In this document: positions 1-9,382 of the stretch, one piece after another
Position numbering within the stretch: position 1 is the first letter of the stretch
How the letters are laid out: each line of letters starts with the position of its first letter
NCBI GenBank assembly: GCA_964592815.1
Contig: CAZQGE010000005.1
Location: 1 to 47,681 of the forward strand
DNA: 47,681 bases
Reading direction: 5' to 3'
From: an uncultured Bacteroidaceae bacterium
GTDB taxonomy: Bacteria > Bacillota > Clostridia > Christensenellales > CAG-917
Translations under genes and position numbers: made by a program
The notes under the pieces: generated by a model
What the model was told of the DNA's origin: nothing
The model's input: only the letters and a program-made list of their open reading frames with translations
Database searches by the model: none

Positions 1-879
1 GCTGGTATGACAGCCGCTTTGAACGCTTTGCGTGCAGATAAAAAAGTTTTGATTTTGGAAGCAAACGGAATTGGCGGACAAATTTCACTCTCACCAAAAG
101 TAGAAAACTTCCCAACGGTAAAACAAAGCGCAGGCAGCGAACTTATGGACAAACTGTTTGAGCAAATATCAGATTGGGGTGTAGAATTTGAATTTGGTCA
201 AGTTGTAAATGCCGAAAAAACAAAAAACGGTTTTTTGGTGCAAACCGACTATGACAAATACGAGGCAAAAAGCCTAATAATTGCAACAGGTGTAAACCAT
301 AGACCTATCGGTGTTGACAGAGAAGAAGAACTTGTTGGACACGGAGTGTCATATTGCGCACTTTGTGACGGAGCATTTTTTGCAGGTGAGGACGTCGCAG
401 TAATTGGAGACGCAAACACAGCTTTGCAATATGCTCTCTTGCTGACAAACTATTGTTCAAAAGTCCACATTTGTACGTTGTTTGACAAATTTTTTGCAGA
501 CAAACCCTTGGTGTCTGCCGTATTGAAAAAACAAAACGTAGCCGTCTATCACAACCTAAACTTAAAAGAATTTGTTGGCAGCCCCGAGCTTAGCGGACTT
601 AAGTTTGAAAACACAAAAGATAAATCTGAGTTTAGCTTAAACGTAAAAGGTGCATTTGTTTGCATTGGACAAATTCCATCAAACAAAGCCTTTGAAAAGT
701 TGGTTTCCATTGATAAAAACGGATACGTCATCTCTGATGAAACTTGCAAAACTTCTATGGACGGTATATTTGTTGCAGGCGATTGCAGAACAAAAGAGAT
801 ACGTCAACTTGTTACGGCAACCGCTGACGGAAGTGTAGCTGCATTCCACGCGTGCCAATATCTTGACAGCTTAAACTAA
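1..879 (+). CDS. trxB: Thioredoxin reductase (5'-partial)
   Basis: Frame is open from base 1 (AGMTAA, tail of the GxGPAG FAD motif); IIATG, GVSYCALCDG redox CxxC and GIFVAGD motifs. Confidence 0.9.
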   Translation, partial: AGMTAALNALRADKKVLILEANGIGGQISLSPKVENFPTVKQSAGSELMDKLFEQISDWGVEFEFGQVVNAEKTKNGFLVQTDYDKYEAKSLIIATGVNHRPIGVDREEELVGHGVSYCALCDGAFFAGEDVAVIGDANTALQYALLLTNYCSKVHICTLFDKFFADKPLVSAVLKKQNVAVYHNLNLKEFVGSPELSGLKFENTKDKSEFSLNVKGAFVCIGQIPSNKAFEKLVSIDKNGYVISDETCKTSMDGIFVAGDCRTKEIRQLVTATADGSVAAFHACQYLDSLN

Positions 880-983
880 CTTAAAGCATTTTTGCTTAAC
901 CAAATCAAAAGTTGCATTTAACACAAAAGACAGTTTATCTGTGTAAAACTCATATATAAAACATAGTTTTATGCATAACATAG

Positions 984-1018
984 AATAAATCTCCGAACAT
1001 TCAGAGATTTATTTTTTT
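984..1018. terminator. Intrinsic terminator between convergent trxB and nrdG
   Basis: AATAAATCTC/GAGATTTATT stem followed by a T-run. Confidence 0.7.
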
Positions 1019-1042
1019 GTATCATAACAAGTTTTTAAGCAA

Positions 1043-1735
1043 TCAATATCCACGCAAACCAACAAAATCTATCTTACTTTCAAGTATAGTTTTGTAGCCT
1101 TCAACCACTTCAAGTGGCACAGCGGTATATCCGTGCAATATGCAACTTTCCGTATCTTTATATTTTTGCAAAAAATATTTTTTTGCCCCTTTTATCAATT
1201 TTGAAATTTCTGAAATGTCAGTTTCTGTATGCAACTCTGAAATCAAGGTTGTTCTAAACTCGTAATCAACCCCACTTTCTATAATAATTTTTATGCTTTT
1301 CTCTATCTTTTCTGTCGATACGTTTTCAATGCCAGAAGTTGCGCCATACTTTGTAAGCGAATTTTTTACGTCCATTGCTACGTAATCAAGCAAATGCTTA
1401 TCCAACAATTTTTTAAGCGCGTTTGGGTTCAAACCATTTGTGTCCAACTTAACTTTATATCCTAATTCTTTGACTTTCAAAACAAATTTTTCTAAATCTT
1501 GTTGCAGCGTTGGTTCACCACCTGAAATACATACTGCGTCAACAAGCCCTCGCCTAAGTTTGAGGTACTCCAAAACTTCTTCTTCCAAATTGACATTATT
1601 TTTGTATGTGTCAACGACCAACGGCACATTATGACAAAACGGACAACGCATATTACAACCGTTTGTAAAAACCGTACAAGCAATTTTTCCGTCATAATCG
1701 ACCATTGAAAATTTTTCATAACCACAAATTTGCAT
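1043..1735 (-). CDS. nrdG: Anaerobic ribonucleoside-triphosphate reductase activating protein (radical SAM)
   Basis: SMVDYDGKIACTVF, CNMRCPFCHN (CxxxCxxC), SGGEPT, KLDTNG, YEFRTT. Confidence 0.8.
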   Translation of the reverse strand: MQICGYEKFSMVDYDGKIACTVFTNGCNMRCPFCHNVPLVVDTYKNNVNLEEEVLEYLKLRRGLVDAVCISGGEPTLQQDLEKFVLKVKELGYKVKLDTNGLNPNALKKLLDKHLLDYVAMDVKNSLTKYGATSGIENVSTEKIEKSIKIIIESGVDYEFRTTLISELHTETDISEISKLIKGAKKYFLQKYKDTESCILHGYTAVPLEVVEGYKTILESKIDFVGLRGY

Positions 1736-1848
1736 ATTTTTATTTTATCACTTTTTTATTTTTATTTCTACTCTATTTACTTTTTGTTTTGTTATTACAC
1801 ATAATTTATTAAAATTCACGTGCAAAATTTGCAATAAAAAAGTAGCAT

Positions 1849-1877
1849 TTTACAAAGTCTATTGTTTATGGTAGAAT
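1849..1877 (+). promoter_or_regulatory. Sigma-A-type promoter of citrate synthase
   Basis: TTTACA-N17-TAGAAT with a TG extended -10. Confidence 0.6.
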
Positions 1878-1907
1878 TTTCTTCGAAAATAAAAAGTAGG
1901 TGCAATT

Positions 1908-3257
1908 ATGAATTGTGAAAAAATAATAACAAATTGGAGTGAAAAGCTAAAAAATCACAGCATTCCTTCTGAACTCTACAAAAACTACAACGTTCTAAGG
2001 GGTTTGCGTGACCTTAATGGAAAAGGAGTTTTGGCAGGGTTGACAGAAATATCTAATGTCTGCGCCACAAGAATTGATGAAAATGGAGTGTCTGTCCCTT
2101 GCGCTGGAAGCCTGAAATATCGAGGTGTAAACATAAAAGACCTGATAAGCGGTTGCGTATCCGAAAGTCGTTTTGGTTTTGAAGAAGCCGCATATTTGAT
2201 TTTGTTAGGCACGTTGCCAAGCAAGTCAGAATTGGAAAATTTCAAAAGCACGCTTTCCTTTTATAGAAATTTACCCGATGACTTTATCAGTGATATTATC
2301 ATAAGGACACCTTGCAAAGATATGATGAACACGCTTTCACGCGGAGTTTTGACACTCTATGCTTACGACAAAAACCCCGACGATACATCTATGGAAAATT
2401 TGTTGCGTCAATCTCTTGATTTGATTGCAAAATTTCCGTTACTTGCCGTTTACGGTTATCAATCATACACACATCATTTTGAAGGAAACAGTTTGGTTAT
2501 ACACTCGCCTTTGCCCGAACTTTCAACAGCGGAAAATTTATTGCGTATTTTGCGTCGCAACAGCGAATATTCAGCATTGGAAGCCCACGTCCTTGACATT
2601 GCTCTTATGCTTCATATGGAACACGGTGGCGGAAACAACTCCACTTTTACAAACCATGTTGTGTCTTCATCTGGCACAGATACATATTCGGCAGTTACGG
2701 CGTCCTTAGGCTCGTTGAAAGGCCCTCGCCACGGTGGAGCAAACATTAAAGTTGTCAAAATGTTTGACGATATGAAATCAGTCATAAAAAACACCACAGA
2801 TGAAAGCCAAGTTGCTGAATATCTTGAAAACCTCGTAGATAAACGGGCATTTGACCAAAAAGGGCTTATTTATGGACTTGGCCACGCTGTTTATTCAAGT
2901 TCTGACCCGCGCGCAGAAGTGCTTGAAGGCTACGCAAAAATGCTTTGTGAAGAAAAAGGACTGCAACAAGATTTTGAACTTTATCAAACAGTTGCTCGCC
3001 TTGCTCCGCAAATCATTGCAGAGAAACGAAAGATTTATAAAGGCGTATGTATCAACGTGGACTTTTACAGCGGTTTAATTTACAAAATGCTTGATATACC
3101 CTACGAACTTTATACACCGTTGTTTGCCGTCGCAAGAATTGTCGGTTGGTGCGCTCACCGTATGGAAGAATTGCAAAACGACAGCAAAATTATTAGACCC
3201 GCATACAAGAGCATTCAAGCGGACGTTGATTACGTGCCAATTAGAAACAGAAACTAA
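1908..3257 (+). CDS. gltA: Citrate synthase (citrate/2-methylcitrate synthase family)
   Basis: LHMEHGGGNNSTF, GPRHGGAN, GLGHAVY..DPR and NVDFYSG catalytic motifs. Confidence 0.9.
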   Translation: MNCEKIITNWSEKLKNHSIPSELYKNYNVLRGLRDLNGKGVLAGLTEISNVCATRIDENGVSVPCAGSLKYRGVNIKDLISGCVSESRFGFEEAAYLILLGTLPSKSELENFKSTLSFYRNLPDDFISDIIIRTPCKDMMNTLSRGVLTLYAYDKNPDDTSMENLLRQSLDLIAKFPLLAVYGYQSYTHHFEGNSLVIHSPLPELSTAENLLRILRRNSEYSALEAHVLDIALMLHMEHGGGNNSTFTNHVVSSSGTDTYSAVTASLGSLKGPRHGGANIKVVKMFDDMKSVIKNTTDESQVAEYLENLVDKRAFDQKGLIYGLGHAVYSSSDPRAEVLEGYAKMLCEEKGLQQDFELYQTVARLAPQIIAEKRKIYKGVCINVDFYSGLIYKMLDIPYELYTPLFAVARIVGWCAHRMEELQNDSKIIRPAYKSIQADVDYVPIRNRN

Positions 3258-3426
3258 CAACTTTGTAATAAAATTCCCGCGTATGCTTTAGGTTTGAAAA
3301 TTTATGCTTTGTCGTAATTATGCTACTTTGATTTTCGAACTCAACTGTTAATAAAACCAAATTGCATAAAATCATTGTAAATTATTCTATAACGCTTAAA
3401 TGCGTTTACGTGATAAAATTTGTAAA

Positions 3427-3457
3427 TAAAAAATCCGCCAAGTTGGCGGATTTTTTA
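3427..3457. terminator. Bidirectional intrinsic terminator
   Basis: Perfect inverted repeat TAAAAAATCCGCCAA-G-TTGGCGGATTTTTTA between convergent genes. Confidence 0.85.
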
Positions 3458-3474
3458 CTTTATTTTCTGTTTTA

Positions 3475-4941
3475 TTATGCTTCCGATTTATCAGCAATTC
3501 TGAACTCATCATACTTAGCATCATAATAATCTTGTTGTTGGCTAGAAATTGTGCCATTGGTTGCATTGATTGTGATTGCGTTACAACCTCTGTGCGCTCT
3601 CTTCTTCCAAATTCCAGGATAAGCAAGGTAGTCAATACTTCTGCCGTATGTAAGTTGAACTGGGTTTGACATTCCAACACTTCCGTCTTCCATTGTAATC
3701 TGCTTTTGGTAAGTCATAGAAATATTGTTGTAGTGATCGTGTCCACAATATACAGCTTGCAAACCATGTTGCGAACCCTTTTCAAAGAACTCATCAGTTT
3801 TTACGCCAGGATAAATCATTTGTTTGCCTTCACCAATTATACCGCTGTTGACTGTTACTTTTGAGTTTCCGTCGTCTGCGTTGCATTCAATGCCATAGCC
3901 AGGAGCGTTTTTGTTGAGATACAAAGTATAAGCATCAAGATATTCTACAAGTGGAATGTGTATAAATACGCTTGCCTTTGCTTGCTTAAACACTTCGTTT
4001 GCAGCTTTCTTTTCGGCAGGCAAATTGTTGTATGTGGTTACGTTTGCAGCCGTAATTGTATCCATTTCATCACAGAACCAATCAACTTGATTTTTGTGAA
4101 GGTTGTCATACTTCCAAGCAATTCCTAAAATGTCGCCGTCAACGTATGAGTGAGAATCAAGACCGACAACAGCTTGTGTTACCATACCGCTTGTATTTTT
4201 CACTTTGATGATTTGGTTGCCAAATCCGTCGATAGTGCTTGGACCTCTTTGGAACAAGCAATACTCGCCAAATACTGGGTCGTTTGCAATTTGTTCTTCA
4301 TAGTATTTGCAAATATCTTGACGTGAATATGTGCTGTAAGCCTCTGTATCGTGGTTGCCGAAAACAAAAGTCCAATACACGCCCAAATTTTTCATCATAT
4401 TTGCAAATATCTTTGTGGCGTTCAAGTTGTTAAAAGTTCCCGCTTGGAATGGTACGGGATAAGCAATATCTCCAGAAACCACAACCAAATCAGGCTTTTC
4501 GACTTTCAGCATTGTAGCTACCGCATTCATTGCCCAAGCGTCCTTTTCTTGTGAAGCAAAACCGCCTCCAATATGTACGTCTGTGAATTGAATTACCTTA
4601 AAGTCAGTATCTTTTGTAAACGTCCAATATCCGTCCGTATCCTTCTCAGGTTCAACCTGAGTTCCCGCAGCAAATGCGACAGGTGTAAAATTATTGCCCA
4701 TTTGAATAAGAGCCTTTACACCCGCTTGTGATGCCAATGAGAATGCTGACAACAAAATTGCGATGACTACAAAAAGAACCAAACACGTCACAAGAGCTAT
4801 TGACCTTGATCTGCGTTTTTGTTCGGCTGTACGCTTGCTTTTACGTTTTGTTGTGTCTGTCATTTTTTCCTCCATGTTAGAAATGCCGTCTGCGCGTAAA
4901 GCGTTTGCAGAACGTTGCATTTCAAGCGTTAGTCCGTTCAT
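3475..4941 (-). CDS. Membrane-anchored calcineurin-like metallophosphoesterase (alternative start 4863)
   Basis: DxH (TDVH), GD (SGDIAY), GNHD, HIP and GHDH motifs; basic N-terminus followed by one TM helix. Confidence 0.85.
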   Translation of the reverse strand: MNGLTLEMQRSANALRADGISNMEEKMTDTTKRKSKRTAEQKRRSRSIALVTCLVLFVVIAILLSAFSLASQAGVKALIQMGNNFTPVAFAAGTQVEPEKDTDGYWTFTKDTDFKVIQFTDVHIGGGFASQEKDAWAMNAVATMLKVEKPDLVVVSGDIAYPVPFQAGTFNNLNATKIFANMMKNLGVYWTFVFGNHDTEAYSTYSRQDICKYYEEQIANDPVFGEYCLFQRGPSTIDGFGNQIIKVKNTSGMVTQAVVGLDSHSYVDGDILGIAWKYDNLHKNQVDWFCDEMDTITAANVTTYNNLPAEKKAANEVFKQAKASVFIHIPLVEYLDAYTLYLNKNAPGYGIECNADDGNSKVTVNSGIIGEGKQMIYPGVKTDEFFEKGSQHGLQAVYCGHDHYNNISMTYQKQITMEDGSVGMSNPVQLTYGRSIDYLAYPGIWKKRAHRGCNAITINATNGTISSQQQDYYDAKYDEFRIADKSEA

Positions 4942-4965
4942 AATCTCTCCTCTCTTAATTATTTA

Positions 4966-4994
4966 ATGTTACATTACTAAGCCTTAATTGTCAA
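4966..4994 (-). promoter_or_regulatory. Sigma-A-type promoter
   Basis: TTGACA-N17-TAACAT upstream of an SD (GAGGAG). Confidence 0.5.
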
Positions 4995-5005
4995 TTGAGG
5001 ATTGA

Positions 5006-5917
5006 TTATCCAATCAATTTTCCATTTTTCCATATTTTAACGTTATCTGTGTCTTCTATATCAGTCAATATCGAAAAATCTACATTGATTGGCATCAGTT
5101 CATATATGCTCTTTTTCGCGTTTTCAAGTGCAGTTAAAGCCAATTCCAAGTTTATATCGTCTGCTAGTTTTACCTGAGCAATAGCGGTAACGTTTTCATA
5201 GCCGTAATCTGAAATCCGAACCTCGCCAACTTTGACAATTTCGGGCACAGCGGACAGCATAGCTTTCAATTCTTCCGCATCTTTTTTGTGCGACGTACCA
5301 AGCAACAAATTTGTTGCCTCAAAAATCAACTTTATGCCAAACACGATGACGACTAAACTTAAAACAATTCCGAAAATTGCGTCAACTGCGTAAGCGGAAT
5401 ATTTTGATACAACAAACGAAATCAACGACATTGCCGTAAGTCCAATGTCTAATACGCTGTCGGCAACCATAGCTTTCAACGCTTTTGAATTTAATTTTTT
5501 GTTGGAAAAATAATATAAAAAAGATAGCGCAATTTTTCCGAGAAGCGCGCCTAACACGGCATAGAATTGTGCCCAACCAAACCAAATCGGAACAGGAAGC
5601 ATCAATCTGTCAATAGCTCTTATCAAAAATAACACGCCAAAACCAGCCACGCCTACTGCAAGCACAAAACTTGCAAGATATTCTGCTCTGCCATATCCCA
5701 GTCCGTTTTTATCTTTGCCTCTCAAGACAAATCCAAACGCTAAAATAGTTATAAAACCGCCTGCAACATCAAAAAAGCTGTTTACTGCGTCAAGCATAAT
5801 ACACAAACTGTTGACTTTAAGACCAACAAACAGCTTTGCAAATGCCAAACCAAAACTAATCAGCAAGCCTATTACAAGCACACCTATACACTTATAAACC
5901 CTGTTTACTTCTTTCAT
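5006..5917 (-). CDS. Cation diffusion facilitator family transporter
   Basis: Six TM helices, DAVNSFFD and DSVLD metal-site helices, GYGRAEY, C-terminal dimerization-type domain. Confidence 0.85.
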   Translation of the reverse strand: MKEVNRVYKCIGVLVIGLLISFGLAFAKLFVGLKVNSLCIMLDAVNSFFDVAGGFITILAFGFVLRGKDKNGLGYGRAEYLASFVLAVGVAGFGVLFLIRAIDRLMLPVPIWFGWAQFYAVLGALLGKIALSFLYYFSNKKLNSKALKAMVADSVLDIGLTAMSLISFVVSKYSAYAVDAIFGIVLSLVVIVFGIKLIFEATNLLLGTSHKKDAEELKAMLSAVPEIVKVGEVRISDYGYENVTAIAQVKLADDINLELALTALENAKKSIYELMPINVDFSILTDIEDTDNVKIWKNGKLIG

Positions 5918-6174
5918 TGCTTTCCATTTTTTTCATCATTGCGTTCATCAACGCTTTTATCCGCCGACTTGTCAAACTTTTGTGGCGTCAACTTTTGTAT
6001 TGTTCCGTCTTCTTGCTTTATATAAGTGTTTTCAAGTTGTCCTCTAAGATTGCCAACAACGCTGTCTATATAATTGCGCCTTAAAACAGCTTGTTCAGCC
6101 TTCTCTTCTTCCGTAAGACCCGTTTCTCTCGATTTTTTTGCCAATTCATTTATTCTTTCAATATTCAAACTCAT
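5914..6174 (-). CDS. DUF896 / YnzC-family small protein
   Basis: IERINELAKK...GLTEEEKAEQAVLRRNYI signature. Confidence 0.85.
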   Translation of the reverse strand: MSLNIERINELAKKSRETGLTEEEKAEQAVLRRNYIDSVVGNLRGQLENTYIKQEDGTIQKLTPQKFDKSADKSVDERNDEKNGKQ

Positions 6175-6854
6175 AATTTTTCCTCCGAACTATCTGTTGA
6201 CCAATTTATAGGCTCAATTCCGTTTCTTTTCAAAAATTCGTTAGCTTTTGAGAAGTGTTTACACCCAAAAAAGCCTGCGTATGCCGATAATGGCGAAGGG
6301 TGAGGACATTCCAAAATTAAGTGTTTAGGGTTCTGAATTAAGTCCTTTTTCGCCCGCGCGTTTCCACCCCAAAACAAAAACACAATAGGACTTTTGCTTG
6401 CATTAAGTTTCTTTATAATTTCATCAGTAATAAATTCCCAACCTTTACCCTTATGAGAATTAGGTTGTCCTGCGCGCACAGTCAAAACCGTGTTCAAAAG
6501 CAAAACGCCTTGCTTTGCCCAATTTGTAAGACACGGACATTTGTTGTTTACGCCAACATCGTCCTTTATTTCTTGAAATATGTTTACAAGCGACCTTGGT
6601 GCTGGCATCTGCGGTTTTACTGAAAAGCAAAGTCCGTGCGCTTGGTTTGGGTTATAGTAAGGGTCTTGCCCCAAAATTACAACTTTCACATTTTCGTACG
6701 GTGTGAATTTGAGGCTGTTAAAAATATCGTTCATCTCAGGATAAATTTTGCAATTTGAATATTCCGATTTCAAGAAGTTTCTCAGCTCTAAATATATGCT
6801 GTTTTCAAAATCTTCTTTCAAAATGCTATCCCAACTATTTCCTATGTTTACCAT
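6171..6854 (-). CDS. ung: Uracil-DNA glycosylase (family 1); start revised to MVNIGNSW
   Basis: GQDPY, HGLCFSV, GVLLLN and HPSPLS motifs. Confidence 0.95.
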   Translation of the reverse strand: MVNIGNSWDSILKEDFENSIYLELRNFLKSEYSNCKIYPEMNDIFNSLKFTPYENVKVVILGQDPYYNPNQAHGLCFSVKPQMPAPRSLVNIFQEIKDDVGVNNKCPCLTNWAKQGVLLLNTVLTVRAGQPNSHKGKGWEFITDEIIKKLNASKSPIVFLFWGGNARAKKDLIQNPKHLILECPHPSPLSAYAGFFGCKHFSKANEFLKRNGIEPINWSTDSSEEKL

Positions 6855-6860
6855 AGAAAA

Positions 6861-6889
6861 ATAATAACACAATTCTGAAAAGGTGGCAA
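6861..6889 (-). promoter_or_regulatory. Sigma-A-type promoter 6 nt before the ung ATG (leaderless)
   Basis: TTGCCA-N17-TATTAT with TG extension; no SD. Confidence 0.6.
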
Positions 6890-6890
6890 T

Positions 6891-6919
6891 GTATAAAACC
6901 CACTTAAAAGAGAATAATA
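6891..6919 (+). promoter_or_regulatory. Candidate forespore sigma-G-type promoter
   Basis: GTATA-N17-AATAATA upstream of SD AAGGAG. Confidence 0.4.
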
Positions 6920-6953
6920 AGAAAAACGGCACAGCCGTAAAAAGGAGTTAAAA

Positions 6954-7175
6954 ATGGAAAAATCAAAAAGCAACAACGCGTCTAACGCTAAAAACTGTTC
7001 AAACAGCGCAAACAGCAATCCTTCAAACGCTTCAAAAAGCGGTAGTTCAAGCGGCACAAGAAATAGCCAAACAACAAAAAACTGTTCCAATTCAGCTGAA
7101 AACGCAAGAAATTCCGCAACATCAAAACGCAATTCTTCAAGTTCTTCAAGTTCTTCCACAAAAAACAGCAAATAA
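6954..7175 (+). CDS. Small Ser/Asn/Lys-rich low-complexity protein with two KNCSNSA repeats
   Basis: Strong SD (AAGGAG), own terminator, fills the intergenic gap. Confidence 0.7.
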   Translation: MEKSKSNNASNAKNCSNSANSNPSNASKSGSSSGTRNSQTTKNCSNSAENARNSATSKRNSSSSSSSSTKNSK

Positions 7176-7196
7176 AATAAACTACAAAAAGAATAA

Positions 7197-7230
7197 GAAA
7201 AGCGGAGCTAGCTTGCCCCGCTTTTCCTTT
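7197..7230. terminator. Bidirectional intrinsic terminator
   Basis: GAAAAGCGG/CCGCTTTTC stem with T-rich flanks. Confidence 0.7.
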
Positions 7231-7264
7231 TATATTTACTTTTCCTTTTACACTTATCTTTTAG

Positions 7265-9241
7265 TTAATCGGCATCGTTCATTGAGTCAAGCATCAATTG
7301 TTTATGCTCCTCTTTTGTCAATTTTTTCCCTTTTATCGGTTTGCTGTCACCGTGCTTTACGAACAACATCAAAATTATTGCAACGGCAATAAAGCACGCT
7401 GCATAAATGAATAAACCTTTATTTGAAATATGTTCCATAACAAATCCTACCAAGAACGGTGTAATTGCTTGCGCGGACATAGTTGCCATATAGTAATACC
7501 CCGTAAACTGCCCAACCGTATCGGCGGTAGAAAGTTCGGTAACCATCGGGAAAGTGTTTACGTTGATGATAATTAAACCAAAGCCCGCAATCAAATAGAA
7601 CAATGCGAACAATGCTGCGGGAATTGTTGCGTTTTCTGACGGCTTTACAACAAAGAAAATCAATAAAAACGAAATGATTGTCATAACGTAACCCACAATA
7701 ACTGTTTTACGTCTTCCTATTGCCGCCGCCAAATAGCCAACAGGGATAAACGCTATTGCGCTGACCGCCATTGATACGCCATTGATTATTGACGCAATAC
7801 CTGCTGACAAGTTCAATGCTTTTGTTATATAAATCGAAAGGTTGGAGGTTATGGCGTTGTAACCCATAAACCACATAAATATTGATGCCAAAATCAAAAC
7901 GAACGACGTAAGTTTTGCCTTATCATCTTTTGCCATCAAAGCAAACCTTTGTTTTAACGGAACTTTTTTTGCAGTCTTAGCTTTTGCAATTTCAAGAACT
8001 TCATTGTACTGAACCGACTCACTTTCTTGTTCAGCGATTTCTGCGGCGTCCATAGTTGCGTTTACAGCGGGAATGTCATTTTGAATTGCTGACGCGTCTT
8101 TAATCATTTCGCTTTCGCCATCTTCATCTATTCCGTATTCCTTGCAAATTTCCTCACAGCGTTTGACCATTTTTCTTTCGTTGACCAACGCAAGGAAGCC
8201 CGCCAAAAACAGTAACATACCACCAGCAACAGAGGCAAAAATTATAACGTAATTTTCAAGTTTGGTGTTAAATAAAACTATTGTGTAAATCAAAAATGAA
8301 ACAGCTCCACCAACACCACCCATAAGGTTTATGATTGCGTTAGCTTGCGACCTTAAAGGCTTTGGCGTAACGTCTGGCATAAGCGCAACTGCTGGCGAAC
8401 GGAACGTTGCCATTGCAACCAACACCATAAGCAGAATTACCATATAAACGCCCAGACTGCCTTTTCCTTCGGCAGTTTGCGTTATGGTTTTGAACACCAA
8501 ATCACTCTTATAAGTGTTCATACCCGACGCAACGTATTTTTTATACTCTGCGTTCCCTTCCTTTATCTGTTTATATGTCTTAGAAGAACCTTCAGGATAT
8601 GCGTTCATATCTGTAACTTCAACGCCTTTATAGAAAAACGTTTCTGCACCAAAAATCAGAACTGCTTTTTTAGAAGTTAAATCTGCGTCAAACCTTATTG
8701 CAACAAAATCCTCGCGCGTTATGTTGTTTGCCTCCAAGTACTTCAAATCGCAGTAGTTTATCGCGCCTTCCTTTCCAGCCTTCGCATTGTCATACCATTG
8801 TCCCAACGTCTCAGTCATAAAAACGTCGTTATTCAATTTTATATCAACAGAATTTTCCAAATTTATTGTTTTTTGTTGTTGCTTTAAGGTCGCAACAGGC
8901 ACAAACACCATCAAAGCAACCGATACGAGCGTGCCTAAAACAATATACGGCGTTCTTCTGCCATATTTTTTTGACAATTTTCCTTTTCCTTTGTCTGAAA
9001 GTTTGCCAAAAAGTGGCAACATAAACAATGAAAGCAAGTTATCAAGCCCCATAACTAAGCCACGAGCCCAGTCGGGTAAGCCGTATGCGTGTTCCAACAA
9101 AAGCGGAACTACAAAATCATAGGCATTCCAAAACATTATGATGATTGCGAAAGCAAGTCCGACCCTAAAAGTTTGCTTATAATCAAGTTTTAAGGTCTTC
9201 TTTTCGTCAAGCATCTGCCCTTCGGCAACGCATTTTTTCAT
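7265..9241 (-). CDS. MFS sugar transporter (maltose/SLC45-like) with enlarged loops; start revised to MKKCV
   Basis: 12-TM pattern, GKLSD...GRRTPY, RSPAVALMPDVTPKPLRSQAN, IGRRK, GQFTGYYY; lies downstream of glycogen genes. Confidence 0.8.
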   Translation of the reverse strand: MKKCVAEGQMLDEKKTLKLDYKQTFRVGLAFAIIIMFWNAYDFVVPLLLEHAYGLPDWARGLVMGLDNLLSLFMLPLFGKLSDKGKGKLSKKYGRRTPYIVLGTLVSVALMVFVPVATLKQQQKTINLENSVDIKLNNDVFMTETLGQWYDNAKAGKEGAINYCDLKYLEANNITREDFVAIRFDADLTSKKAVLIFGAETFFYKGVEVTDMNAYPEGSSKTYKQIKEGNAEYKKYVASGMNTYKSDLVFKTITQTAEGKGSLGVYMVILLMVLVAMATFRSPAVALMPDVTPKPLRSQANAIINLMGGVGGAVSFLIYTIVLFNTKLENYVIIFASVAGGMLLFLAGFLALVNERKMVKRCEEICKEYGIDEDGESEMIKDASAIQNDIPAVNATMDAAEIAEQESESVQYNEVLEIAKAKTAKKVPLKQRFALMAKDDKAKLTSFVLILASIFMWFMGYNAITSNLSIYITKALNLSAGIASIINGVSMAVSAIAFIPVGYLAAAIGRRKTVIVGYVMTIISFLLIFFVVKPSENATIPAALFALFYLIAGFGLIIINVNTFPMVTELSTADTVGQFTGYYYMATMSAQAITPFLVGFVMEHISNKGLFIYAACFIAVAIILMLFVKHGDSKPIKGKKLTKEEHKQLMLDSMNDAD

Positions 9242-9382
9242 AATCTCTCCTTTACCAGTGCAAATTATGCACAACGCAATTATACGTCATAAACGCATCA
9301 AAGTAAAGACGGGATATTTTGTAAAATATGTTTTTTTTGTTTAATTTACGTTAATTTTATAATATTTTTACAAATTTGAAAA

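Noticed and set aside
1043-1735. Orphan radical SAM activase as a novel system
   Set aside because: The sequence is a typical NrdG-type activase; its nrdD partner may simply lie outside the window.
6848-7171. 107-aa hydrophobic minus-strand ORF
   Set aside because: It is the antisense shadow of the Ser/Asn-rich plus-strand gene, which has the SD and terminator.
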